A stretch of DNA of 62,693 nucleotides, the filler included, from Sphacelaria rigidula (lineage: Eukaryota), in the NCBI GenBank assembly GCA_964200075.2. It is 6 parts of 6 records of this genome, joined end to end, with 100 filler letters (N's around TTAATTAATTAA, not from the genome) between each part and the next. Parts side by side here need not be neighbours in the genome. Positions count along the whole stretch, not along the records: positions 31,399 to 41,764 come from CAXNAA020006644.1; positions 41,865 to 52,229 come from CAXNAA020006645.1; 4 more parts are not named here. One strand, given 5' to 3'. Made by a program: the position numbers and the translations under genes. The stretch's first letter is position 1. The number at the start of each line of letters is the position of its first letter. This document shows positions 36,278 to 46,705 of the stretch, piece by piece. The notes under the pieces are model-generated. The model was not told the DNA's origin. It did no database searches and was given only the letters and a program-made list of their open reading frames with translations.

Positions 36278-37356
36278 ATGGGGATATGGGGATACGGGGG
36301 GGGAAGGGGCAGGGTTAGAAGTGAGACGACCAAGAAAAAGAAGCTGCTTCTACGCTCAAAGTGGCCGGGCGTTGTCTTCACATCGGTTGTCACCACAGGG
36401 GGGGTCGGTGGTTACGTTGGGCCCAGAAAGTCAAGACGCGGGTTGTGAGTGAGCAACGTGCTGTGTTTTCATGTAATGCGAAGGCAGTTCTCACGAGATT
36501 GATTCCTTGGTTTTGATTGATTGTGGCATTTGAACTGATGCCCCAGGGATCCATCTAGCCGTGGTCGCATGTTGTTGTTTTTTTCTTCGAAGGAAGGAGG
36601 AAACCTTACCCAAAACTCACCCCATGCGAACGGATTCGTGTGCCGATTACTCGGAGACACCGTGAGACCGCCTCCCGACAGTAACGTGGAGTAGGCGCCT
36701 CGATGGTTTGGCAAGCTTTGCCCAAGGCAGTGTAGGAGTCGAACCCGCTACTAAAACAGACTCGTTGTCAACTCGGCACACTCGACGCGCCGCCGCCCTG
36801 CTCTTATGAACTCCGGCTCTAGTGGTCACATGATCGCACCCGCAACAATATGTGGTCAATAGTTGCAACAGGCCCGTACTTTACGCGGTATATTTTCGTC
36901 TGTCGCAACTTTCGAACATTTATTGTCATTATCCACACTGTGCACATAATGTCATTATCCAGGATGTACTGTTAGGGTAGGAATGGGGGTCGATTTTGGG
37001 TACTGTATTCCTGGAGAGTACAAGCTGAACGCTATATGCGTCAGAAGTGGTCCGTAATTCAACGAATCATATCAATGGAGAATACCCACACCACCTACAA
37101 ATAACGATCTGGCTCATATGAAATGAGCAATGCTTCCAGTAGATTTATTCAAGCCTGGGAGTGCACATGACGGACGCACAGTTATGGGTAGTGAGTACAT
37201 TTATTGACCAGCTATTGCCATTATCCAGGGTGCGCGCATGATGGACGTACAGTACCCAAGATGAAAAAAACTGAAACGCTGGAGGTTGATGTTAACATTT
37301 CGCACCCCTCCGGCATCCCGTCCTTCTCTCCGCGCACACGCCTGCCGCTGTTTTAG

Positions 37357-37453
37357 GCTGCAATCGCTGCAAACGCGGTGGCCCCTCTGGCGGCAGCTCT
37401 GGCGGGAAACCCTACCTGGGGACCCCCGGTCGCCGGTCGCGTTGGACTGCCAG
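37357..37453 (+). CDS. U2AF65-like gene, exon 2
   Basis: ttttag|GCT...CCA G|gtacaa; AAIAANAVAPLAAALAGNPTWGPPVAGRVGLP(G). Phase 0 to phase 1 exactly bridges the neighbouring exons. Confidence 0.7.
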
Positions 37454-37635
37454 GTACAACACGTTTTTTTTCCCGATATAGTTGTTTTGATGGATGCATA
37501 AACGGACGGATTGGTTGATGGTAGCATAAGATCTCATCAGACACGAGTGCAACCGTGGTCATTAGATAGAATGCTTGTGATGTATGTACCCGAGGTTGAT
37601 GAAATGGAGATATTCCACAAGTCGGATGGATCATG

Positions 37636-37841
37636 ATCCGTCTGAAGAAAACAAATCAAAGAAGACTCTCGAGTCCGTTGGTCCGAAAACACACAATATG
37701 TGACCGCGGAGTCAGAGACGCCGGAGCGCAGCCTTTGCACTACTCGGCGTGCTCAGCGTCCGGCGTCGTAAGGAGCAAACGTGGAAAAGGGGGGTCAACT
37801 GATCTGGATCATGATCCGGATCAGTATACTGAGAAGAAGTA
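37636..37841 (+). repeat. Dispersed repeat R2 (intronic copy)
   Basis: Homologous to 21131-21343. Confidence 0.85.
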
Positions 37842-38110
37842 ATATTCGGACGGATCATGATCTGTCTGACGTGGGAAATATTCCCCAGAAGGAAAGTCGA
37901 GGAAAAAGAGAAATAGTGTGAACTGCAAGCGAAGAGGAAAAAGAGAGAGAAGTTGAACAGACAAATAGTATTATAGTAAACTACAAGAAATGAAGAGAAA
38001 AAGGAGGGGTGGCCAATCGATAATAGGATTACGTCACAGGGAGATTCGGGGTTGCTTCCAAGGGTCGAATGAATTGGAAATGTATCTGGAAATCACTTGT
38101 TTTACTTGAA

Positions 38111-38218
38111 CCCTTTTGGAACCCAGTGCCGACTTTTGCTTCCGTAAATCAGCATCATTTTGACGTGGAAATGATGCCGATTCACAAGAACAAAAATTGG
38201 CACTGGGTCCCCAAAGGG
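38111..38218. mobile_element. piggyBac-type MITE (108 bp)
   Basis: 20-bp TIRs CCCTTTTGGAACCCAGTGCC / GGCACTGGGTCCCCAAAGGG (2 mismatches); flanked by TGAA and TTAA. Confidence 0.75.
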
Positions 38219-38435
38219 TTAAATTGATTTGTACCGCACGACTCAGAATGAATCCTTGGACCCAGGCACGTGGAATGGTGCAAAAATTGCGTGGAGACCT
38301 TGGCCAGCGGTCAACTTTTTGTTGCTCATTCGAGCAATCAGGCCTGAAAAATCGTGGATCTGGTGATTCAAACCGAAAATTATTCGTCCCAAACGGTGAT
38401 GGTTCCTTCTATCGTTCTCATCCTACCGGACACAG

Positions 38436-38581
38436 GTGCTCTGGGCATCCCCGGATTGGGCCTCGTCGCACCAGCCAAGAACGAAATTCCGGGAACAACG
38501 CCGGCTACGCCGGCGAACAAGCTCTTCAGGGAGATGCACATTGGTGGCCTGCCTCATGGGGTTACCTCCCAGCAGCTGCAG
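38436..38581 (+). CDS. U2AF65-like gene, exon 3 (start of RRM, RNP2)
   Basis: cacag|GT GCT...; encodes ANKLFREMHIGGLPHGVTSQQLQ, similar to U2AF65 RRM1 ARRLYVGNIPFGITEEAMM. Donor CAG|gcaagt (GC). Confidence 0.85.
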
Positions 38582-38670
38582 GCAAGTGGCACTGCTGAGA
38601 TAGATATACGCGCGAGGACCAGGAAGAGAGGAGTAGGTGTCTGAAGTTCCTCACTTGACTGCCCGAACGT

Positions 38671-38912
38671 GCAACTCGTTGGAGGCTGTCATCCGTATGC
38701 AAGATAATCAGTACGCTTCGGGTCGAACAATCTTAGCAGGATGCAGCTCACCCCTCGTGCGACTCGCCGAACACATCACGGCGCTTTGCGCGTGGTGATT
38801 GGTTGTGAGCCTGATCCGGGGAAAACCCAGCGTGCGCCGTCGCGGCGTTGTGGCGATTCGACGTCAATGTGCATATGACGATGGCATGCAAGATCATGAG
38901 TACACCCCCCCC
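38671..38912 (+). mobile_element. Repeat R1 copy (intronic) ending agtacaccccc
   Basis: Aligns to 10195-10366 with a ~24-bp insertion. Confidence 0.8.
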
Positions 38913-39234
38913 CTCCTCGATATTTGTTTCATTTCATTTTTTTCATATTTTCGCTGACAAATCTTTCAAACGGTGTGTTTTGTAGGGTTACTACTCGGGT
39001 ATTTACTGCCTCGAATTTTGTGTTCCGAAAATCCACCCCAAATATTTGGTGAACTTAGGTACAATCGAGTTGTTCTACTCAATATCTGCTTATCGTTTAG
39101 TACGATCGCAATTCTATACGCCAAGTTTTGGGCGCTTAGAGTTCAACTTTTCAAAACACTACAATGTACCGTCCCCAAACACATCCCTGAAGCTTTTGGT
39201 TCGTCTTTCCTTTGCCGATGTCGACATGTAACAG

Positions 39235-39354
39235 GACTTCATGAACGCGGCGATGGTGTACCTGAAGCTTGCCATGGGGCCCGGGAACCCCATCATCAGG
39301 ATAGCCATGGGCATGGACCACAACTTCGCGTTCGCGGAGTTCCGCACACAGGAG
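39235..39354 (+). CDS. U2AF65-like gene, exon 4 (RNP1)
   Basis: aacag|GAC; encodes DFMNAAMVYLKLAMGPGNPIIRIAMGMDHNFAFAEFRTQE, similar to U2AF65 DFFNAQM..PGNPV..KNFAFLEFRS. Donor GAG|gcgaga (GC). Confidence 0.88.
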
Positions 39355-39583
39355 GCGAGATTTCTCTCTCAATCTTTCTGGAATTCCTTTGAAGAGAAAA
39401 TATTCATCTATATACATGTAAAGAACGTAAAGTAAATGCATAGTAGCCCACACTAGTAATTATAACCCTCTGATTTTTTTTCTTTGATTTCAATTTCATT
39501 CCAATTCAATTTACCCCGTCTCAATAACAGTACTTTGGTCTTTCGCGACCGAAAAACTGTTCCGATTTTATAATATGATGAAA

Positions 39584-39659
39584 AACACCAGCACCAGGAT
39601 GGCCGTTGCGCATGGACCACAACGTCGCTTTCGAGGAGTTCCCCACCAAAGAGGCGAGT
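39584..39659 (+). pseudogene. Partial, frameshifted duplicate of exon 4 including its GC donor
   Basis: aacaccagcaccaggatggccgttgcgcatggaccacaacgtcgctttcgaggagttccccaccaaagag|gcgagt aligns to 39286-39360. Confidence 0.8.
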
Positions 39660-40157
39660 TTTTATTTTTTAATATTCTATCGAACAATATATTGAGAAAC
39701 AGCAGTGTTGAACTATGTTTTTACACTTCAACTGCCTATACCTCGTGTCGTGATCTGTCGACTATATCGTCGGCTGCGCTGAATGGTCACCACAGGGGAT
39801 GTACCACGTGCTCGGGTGGCACGGGGCGTGTTCCCCCTTCCCCCTTTTCAATTCCTGTGCAGAGAAACAAACTCCCAAAATGTCCAATCGATCAACATCA
39901 ACAACGCTCTCACGATAAGTTGGAGGATGACGTATTTTTTCAAGACACGGACCAAACCGCAACCTCCCTTGTCCCAAGAAAGGGAAAAAAAAAAGTATTC
40001 TGGTTCGGCCGGTGGCGTTTGGAACTCCCGCGTTTTGCGACGCCACAGCTATGAAAAGTTGTCTTGATTTCACAGCGTTTGCCTTTTGGTCCCTGCTCGT
40101 TCTAAATTGGGTTTTGCTCGCCCTGTGGATACAGACTGCCCGCCCTCTTGTCGTTTT

Positions 40158-40300
40158 CACACTCTGAGTCATGACGATAGATTGCATTGTGAAAAAGTGT
40201 ACTGCGTACAGTATCGACTATTACGTCTTTTCAATAGACAATGAATTCCGCACTGTACGCAGTACACTTTTTCACAATGCAATCTATCGCCCGGGGTGTG
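40158..40300. mobile_element. MITE with CACAC..GGGTGTG ends and a perfect 38-bp inverted repeat
   Basis: cgatagattgcattgtgaaaaagtgtactgcgtacagt (40175-40212) and its exact reverse complement (40252-40289). A related copy lies at 55689-55831. Confidence 0.8.
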
Positions 40301-41112
40301 TGATTACCTCGTACAAACAACGCACGTGCGTACACGAAATTACACATACTTCTGTCCGACACGTTAGGACCGAATTGTTTTTACGGGCCCTTAATAACCG
40401 TGTTTCGATTCTTCCTCGTTGTTTCTCTTTTTTTTATTGCTTTATCTGGCGTTTTTGGAGTGGATACCCGTTTGTTCATCCATTTTTACAATCTTGTGGA
40501 ATGAAATCAGTCGTACCGAAAGTAGCCGTGTTTCATTCCTACCCCTGGGGCGGAAAACAGAAGGAGGAAAGCCCGATGAAAAATAAAAAAATAGCGACGT
40601 TAAAGCTTCAAGTAAAGAAACGAAATGAGCGGTTGTGGACGAGGGGAAGCTAGCCTCTGTACACGAAGTCACCTTAAACGAAGAACTTCTTCACCTTTTT
40701 TTTTTTCGCTAGGGCTCGGAATAGGGGTGCGAAACGCGGCTATTTGGGGGGGCGACTGTTTTCCTTTTGGGCCGTTTGGGCGCATGGCGGAAACGAAAAC
40801 TGCGAAAATATATCACTCGTTTTCAACTCGGAAAACGCCAGAGAAGACGACAAAGAAAGAAAAATAAACGAGAAAAGAATCGAACACGGTCAAGAGCTGT
40901 ACAAACAATTCTGTCCTAGCTTTCATGAGACAGAGGAAATATGTAAATATATATATATATATATATATACTGTACAAGTTACTGCCATTCCCATGTACTG
41001 TAGAACGCGTTGCTTCTATCTTGACTTTACCCGCCTGTTTTTCGGGGGGGGGGTTGTTTGCCGTTCGCCTCCCTTTTCATGTTGTTCTGACTTTTTGCTG
41101 TGAACGTCTTAG

Positions 41113-41202
41113 GAGTGCGATGCCTGCTTCAGGATCAGCGGGATCGCTTGCGGGGTGTCCAGTCTCAAGCTCGGACGGCCCAAGTCCCACGGGCAGGCAA
41201 TG
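41113..41202 (+). CDS. U2AF65-like gene, exon 5 (end of RRM1); gene continues past the scaffold end
   Basis: cttag|GAG; encodes ECDACFRISGIACGVSSLKLGRPKSHGQAM|gtaggg, similar to [23 protein letters not shown]. Confidence 0.82.
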
Positions 41203-41318
41203 GTAGGGAGGCGTTGTTCCATATTGCGCTTTTTTTTCATCCTCCAATTTGTAGCTAGTGCATACGGTACCATCAACTGTGCTCCGATTTTACTCTCCTT
41301 CCTTCACTCTCTTCCCGT

Positions 41319-41387
41319 GAGCCACGTCGGGCGAAAACCCGGCGTGCTCCGTCCCGGCTTCTTGCGGATGCCACATCAATGATCTAA
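41319..41387 (+). repeat. Repeat R1 fragment
   Basis: ggcgaaaacccggcgtgctccgtcccggctt core. Confidence 0.7.
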
Positions 41388-41764
41388 TGAACGCAGTATG
41401 AAAAACAATAAGTACGCCCTTCCCCCCCGAGGCAGGATAACGGTTGATTAACGACGAGATAACTGAACCGAAACCTCTCTTCGGCTTGTGCTTTTTTTTC
41501 CCTGACATAAAGATTTTGTAATCGTGAATAATTTTCTACAAATTGAACATTGTTGTTCGCGGACAGGATCCCCACCCCCATTAGATTTAGGAAACGCTCA
41601 TCATGGGCGAGTTCCAAAGGCGGAGGTGGGGGTGGGGGTGGGGGTGGGGGTGGGGGTGGCTCCCAGATATCATGGAAAATAGCGGTAGTAACACTTTCTA
41701 CGATAGTCCCCCCCCCCCCCCCCCCCCCCCCCCCACACAAAACACAGCAAAAGCCGACACGACC

Positions 41765-41864
41765 NNNNNNNNNNNNNNNNNNNNNNNNNNNNNNNNNNNN
41801 NNNNNNNNTTAATTAATTAANNNNNNNNNNNNNNNNNNNNNNNNNNNNNNNNNNNNNNNNNNNN
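41765..41864. other. Artificial scaffold linker
   Basis: N44-TTAATTAATTAA-N44. Confidence 0.98.
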
Positions 41865-42302
41865 GGCGGCGGGGGGCGGGCGTGGGGGGTGGGTGGGGGT
41901 TTGTTTTGTGGGGGTTTGGGGGGGGGGGGGGGGAGGGGATAGGTGATCGGCACTGGGTTGGGTCGGGTTGGAAAGTATGAAAATAGACCGCGAGGGAAAA
42001 TGCAGAATGCAACGATGGAAATAGGGTGGTGTGGCCGATGCAGCTGCTGTCTCGACTCTTTCGGATGAACGCCCACGTTTCTCTCCGTTTTCACAACACG
42101 CGGTTTTCCCAAGGCAAGACCGTGTGAGCGACTGTTCGGTACAGGAGCTCCGAGAACCATGGCGTATGGGCCCCAGCCCGTCGCTCAACCCAGTCACACC
42201 ATCAACCCCCTTTCATTCATTTAGTCAACAATTTGATGCAAACGAGAGAGGCGGTTATGGTCGATTCTGACTGAAAGCTAGGATTTGAAAAAAAATGCTT
42301 CG

Positions 42303-42509
42303 AAGGGCAGGTCGAGTAGAGTATACTCAATTGCGGGGTATTTTGAAGGATGTACTTGAGGTACTCAAATAAGGGTAGATAGAGTGTTAGGAGTCGTACT
42401 AAAAAAATGACTGGAAAACGATCCCTGAAGCCCTGCTCCCAATTCGTGTACTTCAAGTACGACTTTCAAAATACCCCGTAACTGAGTATACTTTACTCGA
42501 CCTGCCCTT
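42303..42509. mobile_element. MITE with ~60-bp TIRs
   Basis: aagggcaggtcgagtagagtatactcaattgcggggtattttgaa ... ttcaaaataccccgtaactgagtatactttactcgacctgccctt. Confidence 0.8.
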
Positions 42510-43803
42510 GAAGCTTCCATCCGACAATATATCCCACCATGTATATATGCTTGTATGTTTCGTGTGTCTTCGTGTAACGCCCCCGGGCTCTTTTTTTCTT
42601 TCGCCAAAGCAAGCCACAGAGCAACACTGCGAGAGCAGAGAAAAAAGTAACTGCTGGCGAAACGTTTTATCGTTGACCCTGCGCCGACAACTCGATGTAC
42701 GTCATCAAGATCATATCGGGAATAACTCCAGCTGGCGGTCAACATGGGTGAGTGCCACGGGGGTACCCGACATTCGGGCGTGGAAGTAAGTGTCTTAAAC
42801 ACAGGCAAGCGTTAAGCTTCAGAAATGCCATGCTCCAATAATACGGGTCCGGCCTCTTGAAAATCCTACATCCCTGTGGTCGTGAACACATGAGAAATGC
42901 ACACATAATAACGTGTCCCCTCAGATACAATGTATACACATGACCAGAGCGGAAAATAAAAAAAAGGCTGACTCCACGCACGGGTTCTACCCTTAAATAC
43001 CGCTGTACTGGCTGTACGGCACGGTGGTCGCAGAACGCAACGCCCGCTATCTGATCCACAAAGCACGAAACCAAGGAGCGCATAGTAGTAGCACTGCCGT
43101 CATGTACTGTAGTGTTCAATATGTTAGTTGGGTGGGCGTCATCGTGATAATTGCATCCACTATGAACGTGTGCGCTCTGATCATCATGCAAATCAACGAA
43201 CCACACAGCGTGGAGGAAAAAAATACAAATACTACTACAGTATCGTCGGCCGGTATATTTCAGTCTCTTCTTTTCGGAACAGCAAAGTGCGCGCTGATAC
43301 TCAACCCAACGTGATTTTAGTTTTGCTGGGCGAGGCTGTCATTTTTCCAAGTAGGTCTTCTGTTATATGCAACTTCTTTGGAGTTCCGGAATACTGCTCT
43401 GCCCGCGTAAAACTCGTCTTGGGGAAGCATCGTGTTAAGTTGTTGTTCCGGAGGTGGCATCAAGACCTTCAGGCCAGATACTCGCTGAAAGCTACGTGGC
43501 ACGGGATTCTTCCAATAATTGCCCAAAGCATCCATAGAACCACTTCGACCACTCTCTCCCCTCCATGTACCATCACAATCATGTGCGTACAACAGATCTC
43601 GAATGCAGCTGTTCCCCCTCCATTGGGGACCGGGGGGATCCCGCATGAAAACAAAAGGGAACATGCCTTTTTAATTATTTCTTCATCACACGAAATTATT
43701 TCGCACTGTAGACATCATTTGACTCTGACAGTGGCATTCAAGAACCAGACGTGTAACGAAAATACCCTTCTTATACGCGCTCTTCTAGGCGTACTTGCCT
43801 CAC

Positions 43804-44817
43804 CTGCTTTTCCAGATCCCCAAGCGACGCCACTTTATCCCTCGTCATCTCTGTCATCCTCTCGTACTCCTCTCGGCGCTCCGCCACTGCCTTCCCCCAA
43901 CGCGACAGCTCCTCTTCCTGCCGCCGGCGTGCAGTATCCCCGTCTCGCTCGGCCTGCTTCCTCTCCGCCTCCAGAGTCAAAACGTGCGCCGCAAGCTCTG
44001 CGGACCGCCGTTCCATCGACCCCAGCTTCTCCTCCCTTGTCCTGACAGCCGCCGCGGTAGCGTCCAAAGACTTTTCCAGGGCCTCCAGCTCAGCATTCCC
44101 GGCCTCGAGGCTCGAGTGCGTCTCGGCAAGCCTTGACTTCAGCGCCGACAGCTCCCCGGCGGCCGCTCCAGTCTCACGAGTGAGCGCACTACGCTCCGAC
44201 TCACGCCTTCGACGCAAATCTCTCACGCTCTTTTCCAACTCGCGCGCTTCAATGGTTAGCCTTTCGACCTCGCCCAACTTCTCAGCTTTCTCGTTTTCTA
44301 GTATCGCCTTGACCGTCCGCCCTTCTTCCTCCTCAGCCCTCAGCCGTGCGTGCGTCTGCTTGAGAGTCTCCCGCCAGCGACGCGCCTCGGATTCTAACTC
44401 CCCGACCCCTTTCTGCAGACCCTCAACTTCCAGCCCGAAACTGTCCCTGCAGTCGGCGAGCCGTTCCTCCTCGCCCTCGGCCGCCATCGCCGCAGCAGCC
44501 GACCGCGCTTCTCGTTCCCGTACCTCACGCGCCGCCACCCGCAGTCCTGCGTTCAACTCGGTCTCCTCTCGCCGCAGCGAAGCCAATCGCTGTAGCGCGG
44601 ACTCCGCTTCTCTTTCCGCGCTGCGTCGAGAGGCTTCCGCGGCTGCCAGTCCTTCCTTTGTCATATCGAGCGCGTGCGCCGCCGTGTTCGCCTCGGCCCG
44701 GGCGTGTTCGGCGTCACGCTTAGCCCTGGCCGCGGCCGCCGCCGCAGAAGAGCGGAGGGACTCCAGGCGAGACGTTTGTTCGCTCGCGGCTCGCCCTCTC
44801 GACGTTTCTACTGCCAA
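43804..44817 (-). CDS. Coiled-coil protein, exon 3 (long E/R/A-rich heptad region)
   Basis: ORF 43771..44826; acceptor ttccag|TTG at 44817, donor CAG|gtgagg at 43803; phase 0/0. Downstream exons uncertain. Confidence 0.82.
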
Positions 44818-45161
44818 CTGGAACATTGGAATCGGAGGGGCGGGGGGGGTGTCGTTTGCTGGTGGTGAGGGATCAACAAACAGCAGAAACGATACGACCT
44901 TCGGCCTTACATGCTCGCTTTATTTCGCGCATTCATTCTCCCGACAAAAAAATCAAGGAAGAAGTACAATAACTAAAAAAAACTACATAAACATTTGGTG
45001 TGAGAAACCGAAAGCACGAGAATCCCCACAGCTCACATATGCAATATCCAGACTCCCACATGTCGCTGCACAAAAGGCGCAAGTGACTTTTCCGCTCAAA
45101 AGTGACGTGATATTCAGCATCGTTCCCAAAACGTATTTTCAACACATGTTTGGTTACGTAC

Positions 45162-45380
45162 CTCTTTTCGTTTAGCTTCGATCGCTTCCTTCAGCCCGGC
45201 AAGTTCCTCTCGGGCCGTCAACACAGCATGCGCGGAATCTACGAGGTCGTTCAAGCTGTCCCCACTTCCTGTAATCCTGTCCGCCGGCGCTGTAGTACCG
45301 GTTGAGGAGGACGTCGTATTGGTATTTGCGGCGGTTGCTGCGTCAAGCGACACCGCCAGTCGTCTAGGAAGTCCTTGCAA
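45162..45380 (-). CDS. Coiled-coil protein, exon 2
   Basis: ttgccag|TTG...GAG|gtacgt; 73 codons LQGLPRRL...EAIEAKRKE; phase 0/0. Confidence 0.8.
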
Positions 45381-45829
45381 CTGGCAAGACGACGCAGCAC
45401 AGCGAGAGAAGGAAACGGGGGGGGGGGCGGGGGGGGGGATTATAGAAACTGCAAAGTTTTCTTGTTGCGTCTCCTGCTTGTTGCAGACGCGTTAAAACGT
45501 TTGCCAGCAACATGCAATATTGTTTGTGGATGGCAATGTCATGCAGCACCAAGACCCCACGCAGGCCAGGCATCTGTACATTGTGCTTTCGAAAACATCA
45601 GTTCTATCGCCGTGGCCATTATGAGCGTTGGATGCCAAAAACTCGGTGCCCACGGCGGCATGTGCCCAGTTGCAAAAGAGTATATGCCTGCGTGTGTCAA
45701 TGTACCTCGTCAGCGATACCGCGGCATGGAACTCATTTTGCTCCCGACTCAACGTCTCCTCCGCGCGTGACCACCACACCCTTCATTGACAGACATGTCT
45801 ATGGTGTCAGGCGTGTGGTAATGACTCAC

Positions 45830-46705
45830 CTCTCGTACCCGTCCGAGCAACCTTGCCCGACTGGCAACCACCCTGGCTCTCATTGCCTCCGCCTCGTCCT
45901 CCATCGCCGACACCTCACCAAGGCCATCGCCACCGTTTGTTCCCCGCACGACGCGCCGGTTTTCGCCTTCTCGCCTTCTGCTGTCACCACTCAGTCCCGG
46001 ACCCACGCTCTCGAGTTTACTTACAAGCGATGCTTTCTGCTGCCGAAAGGACCTGACCTCGGATTCCATCTCCGACTGCAGTTGCGCAAGCCCCGACAGG
46101 AGGGCGTCCACGTCCTCCGGCGGTAACGTGGGGCGCGGTTGTGATGCTGCATGTCCTCCTCCCTGTTCGCGTCTTCGTCTGCCCTTTCCTGCTGCCGCTG
46201 CCGAGGTTCCTGGCTGGCCGTCCTTCGGCATGGTACTTCCATTGTCTCGACCTCCTTCGTCACCACTCCGTCGCTGACTCTCCTCCCTACATCCCTCATC
46301 GTTTTCGTCGTGACCTCGGACAACGTCTGCGCTCGCCACTTGACGAACAATATGCCATAGCTTGTTCAGTTCATCGCGCAGGGCATCGGTGCCATGGTCC
46401 ATCTCTTCCTGTGCTTTACGGAGTAGCGCCCACACATGAGAAGCTCCCCGAGAATGGTTGCCGGCTGTTAGTGCGCCTAGCCGCCCTGCCACTGACAGTG
46501 ATGGCGGCGGCGGCGGTGGTACCCGTGGTCGTGACGGCTTCGTGATGTCCCTTGTACTGTAACCATGGTTGACGTTGCTCCCCCCGTTGTGGGCACGATC
46601 GTGATGATCACCGCCTCCGACTGCGGTTGGTGCCTTGCGGCGAGGGCGTCGTCGGCTTGGTGGCCCCGCCTCCGCCGTCGCCGCCACCGCCACGCTGGAG
46701 GCCAT
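45830..46705 (-). CDS. Coiled-coil protein, first visible exon
   Basis: MASSVAV...LLGRVRE|gtgagt; phase 0 matches the next exon. The start could instead be an upstream acceptor. Confidence 0.75.

Noticed and set aside
43128..45175. Plus-strand ORFs of 305 and 331 aa
   Set aside because: Antisense shadows of the GC-rich coiled-coil exon on the minus strand.
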